Assembly (NCBI GenBank): GCA_905233855.1
Contig: CAJOGA010000013.1
Span: forward strand, 1 to 58,858
Direction: 5' to 3'
Source of the DNA: an uncultured Clostridia bacterium
GTDB taxonomy: Bacteria; Bacillota; Clostridia; UBA1381; CAJOGA01
Length of the DNA stretch: 58,858 bases
Part shown: in pieces, positions 39,559-48,727 of the stretch
Layout of the letters: the number at the start of each line of letters is the position of its first letter
Position numbering within the stretch: the first letter of the stretch is position 1
Program-made: the position numbers and the translations under genes
The notes under the pieces: model-generated
The model's input: only the letters and a program-made list of their open reading frames with translations
Database searches by the model: none
What the model was told of the DNA's origin: nothing

Positions 39559-40446
39559 TTATTTATATCCCATTTCACGGATTATGCTGTTTTTATTTCT
39601 CCAGTCGTCCTTAACCTTAACCCAAAGCTCAAGAAACACCTTTTTATCCAGCATTTTTTCTATATCCGCTCTTGCCATAGAGCCTACTTTTTTCAGCACT
39701 TCGCCGTTTTTGCCTATAATAATGCCTTTGTGCGACTCCTTCTCACAGTATATGTTTGCACTTATATGCACGCTTTTTTCATTATCCTTCATAGTATGAA
39801 CCTCTATAGCAATACCGTGAGGCACCTCTTTATCCAGCAGCCACATCAGCTTTTCACGCACTATTTCCCCCGCTATCTGACGCTGAGTCTGGTCGGTTAT
39901 CATATCGTCATCATAATATTTAGGGCCTTCCGGCATACATGCTTTTATTTCGTTTAACAGCTGATCCACACCGTCGCTGCTTTTTGCACATATCGGCACA
40001 ATTGCCGAAAAGTCGTGCAAATTACTGTAATTTGCTATAAGCGGCAACAAATCTTCTTTTTTTATCAAATCAATTTTGTTTATTACCAATATAACAGGAC
40101 ACTTTGCCGCAGAAATCTTTTTAGCAAGCTCACGTTCGGCATCGTCGATTTTATGTGTGGCGTCTACCACAAACAAAACAGCATCCACTTCGCTTATAGA
40201 TTCATTAGCCACTTTAACCATATATTCTCCAAGTTTGTTCTTGGGTTTGTGTATGCCCGGGGTATCGGTAAATATGATTTGATACTCGTCGTCTGTAAGT
40301 ATTGCCAATATTGTGTTACGTGTTGTCTGAGGCTTGTCTGATATTATTGCCACCTTTTCGCCCACCATCGCGTTCAAAAGCGTGGATTTACCAACGTTCG
40401 GCTTACCCACAATGGACACAAACCCCGATTTGAATTGTTTGTTCAT
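39559..40446 (-). CDS. era: GTPase Era
   Basis: GKPNVGKST (G1), DTPG (G3), NKID (G4) and a KH domain C-terminus. The ATG overlaps the dgkA stop (TGATG). Confidence 0.95.
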   Translation of the reverse strand: MNKQFKSGFVSIVGKPNVGKSTLLNAMVGEKVAIISDKPQTTRNTILAILTDDEYQIIFTDTPGIHKPKNKLGEYMVKVANESISEVDAVLFVVDATHKIDDAERELAKKISAAKCPVILVINKIDLIKKEDLLPLIANYSNLHDFSAIVPICAKSSDGVDQLLNEIKACMPEGPKYYDDDMITDQTQRQIAGEIVREKLMWLLDKEVPHGIAIEVHTMKDNEKSVHISANIYCEKESHKGIIIGKNGEVLKKVGSMARADIEKMLDKKVFLELWVKVKDDWRNKNSIIREMGYK

Positions 40447-40931
40447 CAGTGTTTTTTCTCCTCCCAATCTTCCGGCTTCAATTTAAAAATGAATAACAGA
40501 CCTGCAAAGGTCAAAACAAAAAATGTAATTGCGTAAAACGGATCGGTAAACACCGTTTTAAGCGTTGATATAATTTTTTCAACATTTCCGAAAAGCGTTA
40601 TGCCTACAACGATTGCAACTATCGCCGACATAAACACCGCTCCGGCGGCAACGTCTTTTGCAAGCTTTGCATATTCGTTGTACTGCGTGGTTGCGGTATC
40701 AACGCAATATTCTATGGCCGTATTGATCATTTCGCATATCACGGTAAAAAAACATGTGAGTACAAGAATTGCCCATTCTGCACGGCTTATACCGTACACA
40801 TATGCAAAACACAGTATCAACACCGCTATCAATGTATGTATTCTCATGTTACGTTCGTATCTGAACGCATACACAAGTCCGTTCAAAGCATATTTAAAGG
40901 ATTGGGCAACATGAGTGTTCCTTTTTGACAC
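40446..40931 (-). CDS. dgkA: diacylglycerol/undecaprenol kinase family membrane protein
   Basis: 161 aa with three TM helices, EMINTAIE and KDVAAGAV motifs, and the conserved position between ybeY and era. Confidence 0.85.
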   Translation of the reverse strand: MSKRNTHVAQSFKYALNGLVYAFRYERNMRIHTLIAVLILCFAYVYGISRAEWAILVLTCFFTVICEMINTAIEYCVDTATTQYNEYAKLAKDVAAGAVFMSAIVAIVVGITLFGNVEKIISTLKTVFTDPFYAITFFVLTFAGLLFIFKLKPEDWEEKKH

Positions 40932-40948
40932 AATACATCAAATCCTTC

Positions 40949-41443
40949 CTATCGTGTTATTCCCAGCTCAGCCAGTATTACGTCCTGCCTTTTAAACATT
41001 ATCTCTTCATCGCTGCTGCTTGTTTCATGGTCATACCCCAACAAATGCAGCATGGAATGAATAGTTAAAAACGCTATCTCACGTTCTATGCTGTGTCCGT
41101 ACAGTTCGGCCTGTTCCTTTGCTTTTTCCAGAGAAAGAACAATATCGCCTATAGGCACGCACTTGGTTTGCGGATCGATTTCGTTTGTTAAATCGTAGCT
41201 TGGAACACACGGTGCGTCAAAGTCTATCATAGGAAAGCTCAACACATCGGTGGGACGGTCTATTCCTCTATGCTCTTTGTTGATTTTGTGTATTTGCTCA
41301 TTATCCACATACATAACGCTGACTTCAACGTCAAAATCTATTTTTTCCTGCTTTAACGTTTCTTTAACCGCACGCTCTACCAGCCCGTCCAATTCGTTTG
41401 TGTATTCGACAACGTTTTGCAGATTTTCTGTGTATATATTCAT
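40949..41443 (-). CDS. ybeY: rRNA maturation RNase YbeY
   Basis: HSMLHLLGYDH zinc-binding motif. Confidence 0.93.
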   Translation of the reverse strand: MNIYTENLQNVVEYTNELDGLVERAVKETLKQEKIDFDVEVSVMYVDNEQIHKINKEHRGIDRPTDVLSFPMIDFDAPCVPSYDLTNEIDPQTKCVPIGDIVLSLEKAKEQAELYGHSIEREIAFLTIHSMLHLLGYDHETSSSDEEIMFKRQDVILAELGITR

Positions 41444-41449
41444 AACGCA

Positions 41450-42418
41450 TTACCTTTTTCTTGTCTTTTCAGTCTCATACTTTTCATACGCTTTTATTAT
41501 AGACTGCACCAAAGGATGTCTTATAACGTCCTTTTCCGTCAACGTGCAAAAAGCAATATCATCTATGTTTTTGAGTATTCGCATAACTTCTCTTAAACCC
41601 GACTTCTTGCCGTCGGGCAAATCCACCTGTGTTATATCGCCCGTAACCACGGCTTTTGAACCAAAGCCTATTCTTGTTAAAAACATTTTCATCTGCTCAG
41701 GGGTTGTGTTTTGCGCTTCGTCCAAAATGATAAATGCATTGTCAAGAGTTCGTCCACGCATATATGCAAGCGGTGCAACCTCTATCAACCCTTTTTCCTG
41801 ATATTTATAGTAAGTTTCCGCACCGAACATCTCAAACATGGCGTCGTACAGCGGACGAAGATACGGGTCAACCTTTGTCTGAAGGTCGCCCGGCAAAAAA
41901 CCAAGCTTTTCACCTGCCTCAACAGCAGGTCTTGTGATTATTATACGGTTGACTTCCTTACGTCTGAATGCAGTTACGGCACACGCCACAGCAAGGAAGG
42001 TTTTTCCCGTTCCGGCAGGACCTATACCAAAGGTTACGGTGTTGTTTTCTATTGCTGTGGTATACTGCTTTTGCCCAAGCGTTTTTGCCTTGACCGGTTT
42101 GCCCTTAGATGTTACCGAAAGACAGTCATCACCCAGATTTTTCATGCTGAATGCTTCGTCTTCACCGGTCATCGTTAGAGCATATATAACGTTTTGTTCG
42201 GTGATGTCCTCCCCTTTTTTTATAAGTTCCATTATATTTACAAGCACGTTTTTGCACTGCGATATTTCTTTTTCATCGCCGGTTATCTGCAATGTGTTGT
42301 TTTTATTGTCTATTTTAACTCCAAGTGCTTTTTCTATAAGCTTTATGTTGGAATCAAAACTGCCGAATAATGTGCCTATATCCACTCCCGCCTCTATTGG
42401 CAACTCTGTTTTTTCCAT
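41450..42418 (-). CDS. phoH: PhoH family ATPase
   Basis: Walker A GPAGTGKTFLAV and DEAQNTT. Confidence 0.93.
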   Translation of the reverse strand: MEKTELPIEAGVDIGTLFGSFDSNIKLIEKALGVKIDNKNNTLQITGDEKEISQCKNVLVNIMELIKKGEDITEQNVIYALTMTGEDEAFSMKNLGDDCLSVTSKGKPVKAKTLGQKQYTTAIENNTVTFGIGPAGTGKTFLAVACAVTAFRRKEVNRIIITRPAVEAGEKLGFLPGDLQTKVDPYLRPLYDAMFEMFGAETYYKYQEKGLIEVAPLAYMRGRTLDNAFIILDEAQNTTPEQMKMFLTRIGFGSKAVVTGDITQVDLPDGKKSGLREVMRILKNIDDIAFCTLTEKDVIRHPLVQSIIKAYEKYETEKTRKR

Positions 42419-42445
42419 TCTGTTCCTCCGTTTTTTTCTTTTGTT

Positions 42446-43666
42446 TTATTCTGATATGTTTTCTGTATTTTCCGTCATATCAACAGGTGTTTGAATACCT
42501 ATCTGCTCGTTAAACTGTGCTGTGGCAGTAACGGTAATTATTTCTTCGTCTTTTTGACCGACAGATATGTTTAAATCCTCTAAAACAGCATTTTCGCCTG
42601 CGTTTTTCAGCAGCTCTTTTCTCAGCTCGTTTTCGGCATAATTCAGCGTTTGTTCGTATGTTAAAGGTGTTTTTTCATTCACAATTTCTATGTATTTATC
42701 TATATCTATGCTTATGCCTATAAAATTGTCTTTACCAAGCTGCGGCTCTTTTCTGTTTGAAACATTATAATAATTCTTAAACGGACTTTTCTTTTTGAAG
42801 TACAAAGGTATCTTTTTGGACCAAATATTAAATGTATAATAATTTTTTGTCTTTCCTGTTGGCGTTTGGGTTATTTTATACATAGGAAAATCAGCCGTTT
42901 TTTCCGCCCATGTTCTGGCATACACCTCGCCCGACGCATGCACAAAACGCATTCCGGCAACTTCGCTCAGTGCAGTGCCGGATATAAGGATATCGCCACG
43001 TAAAACGGTATCGCCCGGTTTTACGTTTGCAAAACCGTTAAGCGCCCTCACCGTTGTTACGACAGCGTCCTTTTCCGCCACTATATGACACGGAACCGAA
43101 TTGTCCACCACCTGCGGCTTAGGCGTTTTTTCCTTTACCTCTATAATCGCTTTTGTGCCTTTGATATACGTCCATGTCCAGCTTAATTTATCTAATTTAT
43201 ACAGCATTTGATTTTGCAGGTCTTTTTCGTTTATATTACGCTTGAACACACCTACTTTTAAGCCGCTGTCAAAAGCCGCCTGCATTATTTCGTCTTTTGA
43301 AACATATTCGGTATTGTCCGGCACTTCAACGGTCCATATAAACTGTGTGCTTACAAATGCAAACACAAGAAAGCACAGTATTCCGGCAAAAAACAAATAT
43401 CTCTTTCTGTATTTATTTATTATTATAGGTAATCCCTTTTTCTCCAAAATCTTCACCCGTGTTTTGGTTTTTTTGGCAACAGGTCTGATTTTTGAAAAAG
43501 ATTTGATGCTTATCTTAAGCAATAATGTGTTGTCGCTACGTCTTATTGTGTCCCATATGTATATATTTCTATGCGTACACACATTAATAAACCGTTCAAT
43601 ATAACAACCCCTGATTTGTATTATAACATAACCTTTTAAAAAATTAAAGACTTTAATTAAAAACAT
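42446..43666 (-). CDS. yqfD: sporulation protein YqfD
   Basis: N-terminus FLKGYVIIQIRGCYIERFIN, a central TM helix, about 400 aa, and a position after yqfC. Confidence 0.85.
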   Translation of the reverse strand: MFLIKVFNFLKGYVIIQIRGCYIERFINVCTHRNIYIWDTIRRSDNTLLLKISIKSFSKIRPVAKKTKTRVKILEKKGLPIIINKYRKRYLFFAGILCFLVFAFVSTQFIWTVEVPDNTEYVSKDEIMQAAFDSGLKVGVFKRNINEKDLQNQMLYKLDKLSWTWTYIKGTKAIIEVKEKTPKPQVVDNSVPCHIVAEKDAVVTTVRALNGFANVKPGDTVLRGDILISGTALSEVAGMRFVHASGEVYARTWAEKTADFPMYKITQTPTGKTKNYYTFNIWSKKIPLYFKKKSPFKNYYNVSNRKEPQLGKDNFIGISIDIDKYIEIVNEKTPLTYEQTLNYAENELRKELLKNAGENAVLEDLNISVGQKDEEIITVTATAQFNEQIGIQTPVDMTENTENISE

Positions 43667-43687
43667 TTTATTTTCCCTCCGGGTATA

Positions 43688-43984
43688 TCATTGCTTAAAT
43701 TCCAGGGCTTTTATCTTTCCGTATACTGTTATCTGTGTGTCGGCAATGTTTTTTATGTTAAGGTTGCTGCCTGTTATATTCACCGTTAAATTATTGGCGT
43801 TTACTCTTACCAGCTGAGTGCTGTACTCCGCCACACCCCTGCAATTTTCTATATATATCTCCTTATCGCCTTTGAGTATAAGCTGCGGTAAATCCAGCAT
43901 TATTTCCTTCGGCAACTCCAAATAATCGCTTATTTTTTCCTTTATATGCTTTGACGGTTTATTTTTCAATTTTATCCTCCTCAT
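43688..43984 (-). CDS. yqfC: sporulation protein YqfC (YabP family)
   Basis: 98 aa with LPKEIMLDLPQLILKGDKEIYIENCRGVAEYS. Confidence 0.85.
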   Translation of the reverse strand: MRRIKLKNKPSKHIKEKISDYLELPKEIMLDLPQLILKGDKEIYIENCRGVAEYSTQLVRVNANNLTVNITGSNLNIKNIADTQITVYGKIKALEFKQ

Positions 43985-44095
43985 TTAATTTTGATAATTC
44001 ATTAAAATTTATGCAAATATAAACGCTTTAATTCATATAGATATGTCATAGAGTCAAAAATGCTCTCTGTGGCAAGTTAAAATGATTTCAAGAAG

Positions 44096-45241
44096 GTGTT
44101 TTTATTGCAAAAAAACCATGCTTACAAGATTAAAATTTATAAAATGTTTATCTCTGTTCTGCTTTTATCTATGATCACATTTTTTGTGTTAAAACCCGGT
44201 GTTGTTATTTCATCGGCAAAAAACGCTCTGATACTTTGTTTTAATACCGTTATACCCTCTCTCTTCCCCTTTTTTGTATGCTCGGGATTATTGATAAAGC
44301 TTGGATTTGCTCAGGTTTTAAGCAAACGTATAGGCTTTATAATGAAACCGTTGTTTAATGTTAACGGTAGCGGAAGCAGTGCTTTTTTACTTGGCATAAT
44401 AAGCGGTTACCCCACAGGGGCAATAACCGCAGTACAGCTTTACGAAAACAAGCTTTGCAATAAAACCGAAGCGGAGCGGCTTCTGGCTTTTTGCAACAAT
44501 TCAGGGCCGATATTTATTTTGGGAGCCTTAACCTGTATGTACAACTCTCAGACAGCAGGCGTGGTTTTATATATTTCACATATCCTTGCCGCTCTTACTG
44601 TTGGTATTATTTTCAGATTTTACAAAAAAACGTCTGTGGTACGCGATACGCACACCGACATGTCAAGTATCGCAACACCGTTTGCAACCGTATTTGCCAA
44701 TGTGATGAAAGAATCGTTAAACACAATATTGCTTATCTGTGCATCGGTAGTGTTTTTTAAAGTGGTTATTGACACGGCGGTGTATGTTTTCAATCTGCAA
44801 GGATATGTTTTAGCCTCTGTTGCCGGATTTACAGAGTTCACGTCAGGCATAAACGTCATAGCCGGTATGAATGTTTCTTTGTCTGAAAAGATAGTTCTAT
44901 CTTCCGTTGTGTTGGGGTTTGCCGGAATCAGCGTTCATTTTCAGGTGTTGAACATACTGTCTAAAACGGATTTGAGTGCAAAACCGTATTTTGCCGGAAA
45001 GCTTCTGCATTCGGTATTCAGTTCGCTATACGTCTTGATAATGCTGCGTTTTATCCCTGTGGGCACGCCTGTATTTATGAATATTTTTCCTATGAGGACA
45101 GAGAGCTGTTTTGTTTGCACATCGGTATTTGTTTTTGGAATGGGATATATTTTGAGCGGAATTTTGTTTGCGTTTATGCTGACGGTTATTTCTTATATAT
45201 CTTGCCGTCTTAAAGGCAAACGCAAGCATTGTGAAAAATGA
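44096..45241 (+). CDS. ylbJ: sporulation integral membrane protein YlbJ-like
   Basis: Polytopic membrane protein with ALILCFNTVIPSLFPFFVCSGLL and nucleoside-recognition-like halves. The start is uncertain (GTG 44096 or ATG 44144). Confidence 0.7.
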   Translation: MFLLQKNHAYKIKIYKMFISVLLLSMITFFVLKPGVVISSAKNALILCFNTVIPSLFPFFVCSGLLIKLGFAQVLSKRIGFIMKPLFNVNGSGSSAFLLGIISGYPTGAITAVQLYENKLCNKTEAERLLAFCNNSGPIFILGALTCMYNSQTAGVVLYISHILAALTVGIIFRFYKKTSVVRDTHTDMSSIATPFATVFANVMKESLNTILLICASVVFFKVVIDTAVYVFNLQGYVLASVAGFTEFTSGINVIAGMNVSLSEKIVLSSVVLGFAGISVHFQVLNILSKTDLSAKPYFAGKLLHSVFSSLYVLIMLRFIPVGTPVFMNIFPMRTESCFVCTSVFVFGMGYILSGILFAFMLTVISYISCRLKGKRKHCEK

Positions 45242-45313
45242 GCCTGTTTGTTTTAACAAAAAATACACAGCTTCATATACTGAAAATAACAATATAAGAG
45301 GATGTGTATAATT

Positions 45314-45655
45314 ATGGCTTTATTTTTGGAATATATAGTGATTTTATTTGGACTTGCGGGAATTGTGTACATAATTACAGAAGCGTTTATGCACTTATAC
45401 AAGACAAATTGCGTAAATGAATATATTATTCTTTTCACTTTAAACAACGAAATAAATATCGAATACACAATACTTTCCATAATAAACCGCTGCAGAAAAA
45501 AGTGCTCGGGTATACATATAATCGTTATTGACAAAGGCTCGAACGATGAGACGCTGAAAATATTGAACAATTTATCCGAAAACTATGAATTTATACATAT
45601 ACTTCATTCCGACAATTATGCTCAGCAATTATTGGAATTGATAAATGCTGATTAA
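45314..45655 (+). CDS. small membrane-anchored protein with a truncated GT2-like (glycosyltransferase family 2 N-terminal) segment
   Basis: One TM helix, then IHIIVIDKGSNDETLKILNNL, which resembles the GT-A nucleotide-binding start. It is only 113 aa. RBS is AGAGGA. Confidence 0.5.
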   Translation: MALFLEYIVILFGLAGIVYIITEAFMHLYKTNCVNEYIILFTLNNEINIEYTILSIINRCRKKCSGIHIIVIDKGSNDETLKILNNLSENYEFIHILHSDNYAQQLLELINAD

Positions 45656-45738
45656 ATCCTTGCAAATCGGTCATAACTTTTTATAACGTCAATATACTAA
45701 CAGTGTACACTGTATTGCAAGGAGACAAAAATCAGATC

Positions 45739-47301
45739 ATGCACAAAGTTAAAGCGTTATTGATAAATGTTATTATACTGACTGTTACATCGCTCATTAT
45801 GCGTACATTAGGCGTTGCGTTTAATGTGTATCTTTCCAACAAGTTGGGTGCATCGGCAATGGGACTGTTTCAGCTGATATCGTCCGTTTCGTTTTTGGCT
45901 ATAACCTTTGCAATATCGGGCATACGTCTTGCCGCAACACGTCTGGTAAGCGAGGAACTTGCACTGTCAAATTTAATGGGCACTAAAAAATCTGTTTACA
46001 GCTGCTGTTTATACAGTCTTTTTTTCAGCTGTGTATGCGGCATAATCTTGTTTTGCGGTGCAAAATATATAGGCTCTGTCATGCTCGGTGATGAACGAAG
46101 TGTGTTATCCTTGAAAATATTTGCGTTCAGCTTGCCGTTTACCGCATTGGCATCTGTCATGTGCGGATATTTTACCGCTGTACGGGCTGTGTTTAAGATG
46201 GCATCTGTGCAGATAGCTGAACAATTTATTAGAATTGTTACCACAATTATATGTATTGTGTTTTTTGCAAAGAAAAGCATTGAGCTGTGTTGTGCTTCGA
46301 TTATCATAGGCACTTGTTCGGGTGAGATTTTTTCATTTTGTTTGCTGTATTTATTATACAAATCGGATATACGTAAGCATCAGCAAGGCTATAGCGGGAG
46401 CAAAAACCGCAGTATAGTAAAACGCATGTTTTACATAGCATTACCTATAGCGTTTGGGTCATACATACGTTCCGCAATACGCACTCTGCAAGAAATGCTG
46501 ATTCCTTTCGGTCTGAAAAAGAACGGTGCATCAGCCGAATCGGCTCTGTCGGCATACGGAACAATTGCGGCAATGGCTATGCCCGTGTTGATGTTCCCGG
46601 GAGCATTTTTAGATGCCATATCCGATATGCTTGTGCCTGAGATGTCGGAGATGAACGCATTAAGTCGGAGAAACGGAATAAATCACGTCATAGACCGCGT
46701 TTTCGCCATTGGTTTGATTACATCGGTTTTAGTATCAGGCATCTTTTGGAAATACGCAAACACCATCAGTGTATTGATCTACAAAAACAACTGTTGCGTT
46801 TATTATTTTAAGATGCTGTCCCCACTGATACCGGTTCTTTATATGGACATGGTAACCGACAGCATTTTAAAAGGGCTTGGTGCACAGATAAGCTCTATGA
46901 TATACAATATAACGGAATCGGTGCTGAGTGTATCCATGCTTTATTTTTTGTTGCCGAAATACGGAATAAACGGCTATTTATTTACCATAATTGCTGTAAG
47001 AAGCGTAAACTTTTTATTCAGCGTTAACAAACTAATAAAAATAACCGAATTCAAAACGGACATCGCATATATTTTTAAAATTGTGCTTTCTTTGATTGCA
47101 TCGCTGTTTATAGTGAACATTTTATCGTATATACTGCCGTTATTTAAAAATATAAGCGTGCTGTCTTTTATTATTAACGTAGTATCTGTATTGTTGATAT
47201 ACATTTCACTGTTATTTTTGTCGTCATGTATAACGCGTAAGGACATTATATGGATACGAAGCATATTTGCCGCAAAAAAGGGCTTTGCACAAAATAATTA
47301 A
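45739..47301 (+). CDS. spoVB: stage V sporulation protein B / MOP-family flippase
   Basis: About 14 TM helices and an N-terminus ...RTLGVAFNVYLSNKLGASAMGLFQL typical of SpoVB/MurJ-like flippases. The neighbourhood is sporulation genes. Confidence 0.65.
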   Translation: MHKVKALLINVIILTVTSLIMRTLGVAFNVYLSNKLGASAMGLFQLISSVSFLAITFAISGIRLAATRLVSEELALSNLMGTKKSVYSCCLYSLFFSCVCGIILFCGAKYIGSVMLGDERSVLSLKIFAFSLPFTALASVMCGYFTAVRAVFKMASVQIAEQFIRIVTTIICIVFFAKKSIELCCASIIIGTCSGEIFSFCLLYLLYKSDIRKHQQGYSGSKNRSIVKRMFYIALPIAFGSYIRSAIRTLQEMLIPFGLKKNGASAESALSAYGTIAAMAMPVLMFPGAFLDAISDMLVPEMSEMNALSRRNGINHVIDRVFAIGLITSVLVSGIFWKYANTISVLIYKNNCCVYYFKMLSPLIPVLYMDMVTDSILKGLGAQISSMIYNITESVLSVSMLYFLLPKYGINGYLFTIIAVRSVNFLFSVNKLIKITEFKTDIAYIFKIVLSLIASLFIVNILSYILPLFKNISVLSFIINVVSVLLIYISLLFLSSCITRKDIIWIRSIFAAKKGFAQNN

Positions 47302-47322
47302 TTTTGCAAAGCCCTTTTAATA

Positions 47323-47592
47323 TTATGAATTTTGGATATTTGTGTATTTTGTTTTAGCCTGATCTATCTTACTTTGGTCGGTAGGAGCAACCTGATACCA
47401 ACCGCGTCGGCTCATTTCATTAAACAAATCGAACTGTATATCGTGTTCTTCTTTTAAAATATTCAAAAAATCGTTTCTTAATTGAATGTTTGTACATTCG
47501 TTTGCAAAAGTGTTGTAGCTTGAGCTTATCATTTTTTGACTTGCAATGGAATCGCTCATCATTTCTTTATCGTCTAATACATAATTATTCAT
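47323..47592 (-). CDS. CotF-family spore coat protein
   Basis: 89 aa with DKEMMSDSIASQKMISSSYNTFANECTNIQLRNDF...EEHD, a Coat_F pattern. Confidence 0.75.
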   Translation of the reverse strand: MNNYVLDDKEMMSDSIASQKMISSSYNTFANECTNIQLRNDFLNILKEEHDIQFDLFNEMSRRGWYQVAPTDQSKIDQAKTKYTNIQNS

Positions 47593-47615
47593 GGCATATC
47601 ACTCCTTTATTTTGC

Positions 47616-47801
47616 TTATTTCAAGTATCCCATAAGTGTGTTGTAATGATGCTGGTGTTTATCGGCAATGGCGTTACATTTTGTTTGAAGCTCGGTGTCT
47701 GTGCACTGCAAAGCAAATGCACGATACTTTTTAATCAACACATTTTCATACCCCAATTGGTCTTCCAGTGCGGATAATTCTTTTGCTGTAATGTTAGACA
47801 T
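47616..47801 (-). CDS. small spore coat-associated protein, partner of the CotF-like gene
   Basis: 61 aa, MSNITAKELSALEDQLGYENVLIKKYRAFALQCTD...HQHHYNTLMGYLK. GGAGG RBS before ATG 47801. Confidence 0.6.
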   Translation of the reverse strand: MSNITAKELSALEDQLGYENVLIKKYRAFALQCTDTELQTKCNAIADKHQHHYNTLMGYLK

Positions 47802-47918
47802 AATAAAATACCTCCATGTAATTTTTTTGGACAAAATTATTATGTACATTATCAGAAAAACATATACACTTATTTTGATTTTTTATTTAAAGAAAGTTTG
47901 AACATATACTTTAACTTG

Positions 47919-48158
47919 CTATATATTTTTCTTTATCAAGCCGTCTCTGTTGCAATAAATATATATTATCCCCTTTCCTTTTTTTAAGAATCTTGCCTCT
48001 GCATTTTGTTCGGGATACAACTTTACAATTTCACATCTATCATTTGTAATATAAGCAATAAATGAAATATAATGTTCTTTTGTCATAGTTAATTTTTTAC
48101 TGTTCACGCTTTTGAGAAGAACAAAATAATTACATTGTCTATCCAAATCTATTGTCAA
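47919..48158 (-). CDS. degenerate superoxide reductase (desulfoferrodoxin C-terminal domain)-like fragment
   Basis: LTMTKEHYISFIAYI...LYPEQNAEARF...YIYCNRDGL aligns by eye with HPMxxxHYIxWI...PGxxPEAxF...EYCNLHG. Several metal ligands are replaced. The ORF opens at a TTG start, and the first ATG is at 48086. Confidence 0.45.
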   Translation of the reverse strand: MTIDLDRQCNYFVLLKSVNSKKLTMTKEHYISFIAYITNDRCEIVKLYPEQNAEARFLKKGKGIIYIYCNRDGLIKKNI

Positions 48159-48195
48159 ACCTACAAAAAAATTTTAAAATCAAAGCATATTAAGA

Positions 48196-48224
48196 TTGAC
48201 AACTATGGATAATGATGATATAAT
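48196..48224 (+). promoter_or_regulatory. consensus sigma-A promoter of tRNA-Pro
   Basis: TTGACA (48196-48201), a 17-nt spacer and TATAAT (48219-48224). Confidence 0.8.
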
Positions 48225-48249
48225 GCATATGTTTTTGAAAAAATTACAT

Positions 48250-48326
<77 letters not shown>

Positions 48327-48327
48327 T

Positions 48328-48366
48328 GAAAGAAGCCTGATTTGTCTACCAAATCAGGCTTCTTTC
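48328..48366 (+). terminator. long hairpin after tRNA-Pro (putative terminator or processing stem)
   Basis: GAAAGAAGCCTGATTT-GTCTACC-AAATCAGGCTTCTTTC. It has no clean U tract. Confidence 0.55.
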
Positions 48367-48367
48367 A

Positions 48368-48545
48368 GATATATTCGTCTTCGGCGAGTTATACTGCGCT
48401 GCAATGATAATCGGCTTACGCCGAGTTATATTGCGCTGCGCGCAGTTTGGAAGGCGAATATGATATAACTGCCCTCACAGAGGCAATATAACTGTCCAGA
48501 AGGGACAATATCACTGCCGTCGGAGACGGCAATATCACTTGAAAA
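48368..48545 (+). repeat. array of at least 7 short stem-variable hairpins joined by AT(A/C) or ATGATAT linkers
   Basis: Examples are ACTGCC-ctcacaga-GGCAAT, ACTGTCC-agaag-GGACAAT, ACTGCCG-tcggaga-CGGCAAT, ATTGCGC-tgc-GCGCAGT and AATCGGC-ttac-GCCGAGTT. Confidence 0.8.
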
Positions 48546-48566
48546 ATCACATTTTTATGTTATAAT
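48539..48566 (+). promoter_or_regulatory. candidate promoter with ~160-nt leader for the DHH gene
   Basis: TTGAAA, a 16-nt spacer, then TGTTATAAT (extended -10). Confidence 0.55.
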
Positions 48567-48727
48567 GAATTGCGAAAAGAACTCAACAAATAAATAGAAA
48601 GTTATAATTTTCTTCTCTGTTTTTTAATTTTTCGCTTCTATTATAACACTTTTTTGCGTCTTTGTCAATCATTAACCACCGCGTAAGCGGTTTAGTTCAA
48701 TCGGTATTTGAGGAGGTATCGTAAAGA

